Shown one piece after another: positions 59,569 through 64,000 of a stretch of 64,000 bases of DNA (its first letter is position 1; every line of letters starts with the position of its first letter). The translations under genes were made by a program, and so were the position numbers. The notes beneath the pieces are model-generated. The model was not told the origin of the DNA. It worked only from the letters and a program-made list of their open reading frames with translations, and searched no databases. The stretch is from Octopus sinensis (taxonomy: Eukaryota), in the NCBI RefSeq assembly GCF_006345805.1, contig NC_042999.1, positions 41,664,001-41,728,000 on the forward strand. Reading direction: 5' to 3'.

Positions 59569-60350
59569 TATTCACACACACACAAACATATATATATAAT
59601 ATATGTACGTATATATATATATGCATCCATGTATGCATATACATGTATGTGTGTCTGTGTGGTGTCTGTGTCTTTGTAGATAGACATCAACGGCTAAAAC
59701 AAAATTTACAAAACACAAATTTTCTTCATTAATTTTCAATGTCTTCGAGATGGTGTTTGTAATTAATTTCTATCCTTACATGAATTAAGATTGTCTAATT
59801 TTGTAGATTATATAATGCAATGTTCGATTTACCTATTCATTATAGCTAGAAATTCCAATATCTCTTGCAAGATGGCGTCTTAATTCTTACTGTTTTTCTC
59901 ATCTATCGCTATCACAGTTGTTGAAGCCGTTCTCCTAGACGTCGTCTTTCTCACTGTTTTTGTTTCTTTATTTATATGCTCATTTATTTTTTTTTATATT
60001 GAGTATTTGTAATTCTTCCTATGTGATACTATAATGATGTGTAGGGCTGCGAGCTGGCAGAATCGCTAGCTTGCTGGGTATAATGCTTGGTGATATCTCG
60101 CCCTTCTATATTCTGAATTCAAATTCCGCCGAGGGGTTGATGAAATAAGTACTGGGGTCGATTTAATCGTCTTATCTGCTCCCCAAAATTTCCAAAATTT
60201 GAAGCCGATATTAAAGACGTATATAAGTCAGCAGAATCGTAAGCATGCGAGACAATGCTTAGGGGCAATTCATCCGTTTTTACGCTACGAGTTCAAACTA
60301 CACTGGTGTCAACTTTGCCTCTCATCCTTTCGGGGTCATGAAATACATAC

Positions 60351-60955
60351 CAGTTGATTACTAGGGATGATGTAACCGACATACCCACTTCCTCAAAATT
60401 GCTTCATACTCTACAACGACCCGGTCTTCTGATGTTTTCTCTCGTTTGTATCTATTAATGCATTTCTATCCATTAAACTCTTTCTGTGTCATTGCTGGCA
60501 ACAGTGAAAAGAAACAAAATCTTCCTTTTTCCCCTCTGTATTTCTTCCCTCAGTTGATTACTAGGGATGATGTAACCGACATACCCACTTCCTCAAAATT
60601 GCTTCATTCTCTACAACGACCCGGTCTTCTGATGTTTTCTCTCGTTTGTATCTATTAATGCATTTCTATCCATTAAACTCTTTCTGTGTCATTGCTGGCA
60701 ACAGTGAAAATAAACAAGATCTTCCTTTTCCCCCTCTGTATTTCTTCCTTCAGTTGATTACTAGGGATGATGTAACCGACATACCCACTTCCTCAAAATT
60801 GCTTCATACTCTACAACGGCCCGGTCTTCTGATGTTTTCTCTCGTTTGTATCTATTAATGCATTTCTATCCATTAAACTCGTTCTGTGTCATTGCTGGCA
60901 ACAGTGAAAATAAACAAGATCTTCCTTTTCCCCCTCTGTATTTCTTCCTTCAGTT
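60351..60955. repeat. Exact 200-bp tandem repeat, 3 units, starting in a SINE-a fragment
   Basis: CAGTT at 60351, 60551, 60751 and 60951; few substitutions between units. Confidence 0.95.
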
Positions 60956-61469
60956 CCTGTTTTCATTTGGGGGAGTGGGCATCTTTGGAATATTTTTTCC
61001 TGGCGTTTTATCGCCATTTGTTTGTTATTGGTCAACTATTGTCAGATTCTTTACTTGTCACTTTATATTTGTGCGTTATGAGTTCCGATAGTTTCATCTA
61101 TGCGAGTGTGTTGAGTTGTTAGTGAACACAATTAGATGATTATTACAGCTGACATCTCTGACACCATCAATCAGCATCTTCGATATTTTCACTATTTTCA
61201 GTCTTCAGCTTTCATATTTAAATTATGAGGACGAAAATATATAAATGGAAGGAGAAAGGGGGCTCAGATAGAATATTGATAGTGTATTGAGTTGCGAGCC
61301 GAAGCAAATTATGGAAACTGAAAAATATAATTCGGTATGATGAGGCGACCATAGTAGCTGCGTAGAATAAACAAGTAGCAAGGTTTATAGATTAACCTGT
61401 TATTATAGCCTGATCTACAAGCAACAGACGATAAGCAGGTTCATCAATTAGAGAACCATGAGAAATAAA

Positions 61470-62242
61470 AGACAAAGAAGAAGCAAAAGAAAATCACTAC
61501 ATCAGATCTTAAACAAAGGCTCTTAAACAAACGGAAAACTCGAGCAGAAGAAGATTTAATTTGGTTTTATCTCAAAGGAGAAAAACTTCGACCAAGATCA
61601 AGAAGTTAACCAAAGAAATGACACATGGTTGTGTGCAGACGCTTCTGAAGTTCCAAGTGTTATGCATGCAAAATTTCCTGCAACTGTCATGGTTTTAGGG
61701 TTTTTCAGCAACGAAGGACATGTGATGCCTCCTTACTTCTTCTCACAAGTTAACTCTTCCCCTTACAGTGAAGTACTGGAAAGACAATGAAAGACAGTGT
61801 ATGCAATGGAAGGTCATATGTGCTTCAGTAAGACGCTGCACTATCACACATGACTCTAGTAACGCAGGAATGGATGGTTGAAAATTTTCATGATCACATA
61901 AGCACTAACATTTGGCCTCCTAATTCCCCAGATCTCAATTCATTGGATTATTACATGAGGAGCGTTGTTGAGAGAGAGGTCAATGAACATACCCATAACA
62001 CCAAAGATTCTTTGAAAGCTGCCATAGTCAGAGTAATGTCCAAAATCAAGCAGGATCTCTTGATTCAAGCATGCAGATGATTTAGATTTCATATAGAAGC
62101 AGAAGATGGCTTTATAGAACAACATTATAGAAATTTCTTTTTATCCTCATAGCATTTTTTATGAATAAATTTATTATCTGTCATTATATAGCTGCTTTTT
62201 TGTATAAACATAAACCTGTCGTCAAATATCTTACGCACCCTG
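61470..62242 (+). mobile_element. Decayed Tc1/mariner element of DD37D (maT)-type with its right TIR
   Basis: EKNFDQDQEVNQRNDTWLC...KFPATVMVLG..SNEGHVMPP, WPPNSPDLNSLDY; ends CTTACGCACCCTG followed by TA. Confidence 0.75.
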
Positions 62243-62296
62243 TATATATATATAATGATAAAACTCAGAGCGAGTTATAAACAGTAGCGGCAACAC

Positions 62297-62411
62297 ATCG
62301 TGACATATATTTGCCATTTGAATATGGCAACCCCTAAGGGTGGATGCTACAAACTACAGTAGCATCCACCCTTAGGGGTTAGCCATATTCAATGGCAAAT
62401 GTACGTCACGA

Positions 62412-62412
<1 letters not shown>
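62297..62412. repeat. About 115-bp fold-back hairpin
   Basis: Arms 62297-62350 and 62359-62412, 8-nt loop; the right arm matches the repeat at about 35192-35255. Confidence 0.85.
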
Positions 62413-62484
<72 letters not shown>

Positions 62485-62491
62485 TATATAG

Positions 62492-62555
<64 letters not shown>

Positions 62556-62605
62556 TTATATATATAATGTATATATATATTATATATATATATATATATA
62601 TTATA

Positions 62606-62644
<39 letters not shown>

Positions 62645-62675
62645 ATATATATATATATATATATAATATATAGTG

Positions 62676-62724
<49 letters not shown>

Positions 62725-62865
62725 GTATATATATAGATATATATATGTATATATATATATATATATAATATATGTATATATATATATGTATGTAGTGTAT
62801 ATATATAGTATGTATGTGTATATATGTATGTAGTATGTATGTATGTATGTATGTATGTATATATA
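62413..62865. repeat. Long interrupted (TA)n tract; many similar TA/TG/GA tracts occur across the window and are not listed individually
   Basis: Directly visible. Confidence 0.95.
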
Positions 62866-63097
62866 CTTTTTATTGAAGGTACACAATTATCACAGAACTG
62901 TTACTCGGAGTTTTACATCTCCGCTCCTCGGACAGTTGTATTTTCGTGACAACTGTCCGAGGAGAGAAGAAACTCTGAGTAACACATCTATGATAATTGT
63001 TTTTGCAGCTATAAATAAAAACATTACTCTACCTTTGATTTCAAGTACTTTTTTCCACAGTGTTTCGCACTTATAGGCTCACTTGTGCGTGTACATA

Positions 63098-63143
<46 letters not shown>

Positions 63144-64000
63144 GTTGCTTTTTCAGAAAACGAAAATATAATTTCAACATTTCATAGCAAAACTGTTGTA
63201 CAACATTTTGATAATTTTTGAAATCTTGGCCTCTGAAACAGCTGGAGATACGATAGTTTGACCAAAAGAATGGCTACTGCAAGCAAAAATATATATTGAA
63301 AAACATGCATTTGGCAAAATTTGGACATACAACAGTGTAACGTATGTGAGTGTGCGCATGTGCGTATGTGTGTGCGTGTATAAGTACTAGGGGTTTCTTC
63401 TACTAAACTCTTCAGCATCGCCGCAGTTTTATGCCTGAAACAAGAAAACGTTTAAAATTAAAGGTAAAAACCCTTGCCAGTCATCTTTTGCATATTTTGG
63501 TGCGGAGAACAGAAAAGAAATATAAATATAATCAACAGGTAACTTTGGTTAGAAGCTTTAATAATATAACATCCAAAATATAACAAGATATATATTTCAA
63601 ATTCAGTAAAGTAGGAAAACTATATTATAGAAAAAAACAAGAACTTATATTCACAATTGGTTATAGCAATATTATACAATATGGTAAACACTAATATTAT
63701 AGCAATATTGTATAATATAGCAAACGTTCCAGGCTTCATGGTTAAGTATGTAACCATTATAATTCAATCGGCGTTTATTAGAGAATAACGCTAACAACAA
63801 ATACGTCCACTGAATAGTTGAAGTCTGGTTTGTAGTTTGCCGGACAGAAATATCATCCAATTAAGTAACCACATATTTCATCGTTGAGATTTCCCAGACT
63901 TACATATGTAATATTACTGGACACTAGTTATTTATCATCAATAACAGCCTCCTAGCAATAGCCAAACATTTCCAGCGAAGCATACATAACCTTGTCGTTA

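Noticed and set aside
60351-60955. CRISPR-like array (also 53229-54038 and 34160-34540)
   Set aside because: Whole units repeat with no unique spacers, in a eukaryotic context with no cas genes.
4254-63418. Numerous ORF-track entries rich in YI, CV, HT and MY repeats
   Set aside because: They are translations of TA/TG/CA microsatellites, not genes.

Overview
Eukaryotic, AT-rich, microsatellite-dense DNA dominated by mobile elements. The tRNA-derived SINE families and repeat style point to an octopus (coleoid cephalopod) genome; this is an inference and no search was run. No host gene can be called with confidence, and there is one 100-N gap at 23987-24086. The main discovery is at 37073-46068. 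A young tRNA-derived SINE (here 'SINE-b') is split between its A and B boxes by three head-to-tail, same-strand Tx1/L1-type insertions. Every junction carries the same 15-bp target duplication (GTTAGCAAGCTACTT at 37447, 42528 with one extra A, 44510 and 46031). One insert is a full-length ORF1+ORF2 element (A). The other two (B, C) encode only a divergent ORF1 with a CCHC knuckle and have no ORF2. All three end in the same TGCC-N5-GGCA-N9-AAATAAA tail. The most abundant SINE here ('SINE-a') carries a Tx1-derived 3' tail, so one Tx1 machinery may mobilise ORF1-only 'half-Tx1' elements and SINE-a while targeting SINE-b. Other contents: a related 5'-truncated Tx1 inside a (GATA)n tract; Penelope-like elements with hammerhead ribozymes, including a pair with a naturally swapped G3:C8 core; a full-length decayed mariner; a DD37D/maT remnant; a non-autonomous Helitron; a hAT MITE; CR1 and RTE remnants; and several tandem and inverted repeats. 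Many frameshifts lie in homopolymer runs and may be long-read consensus errors.
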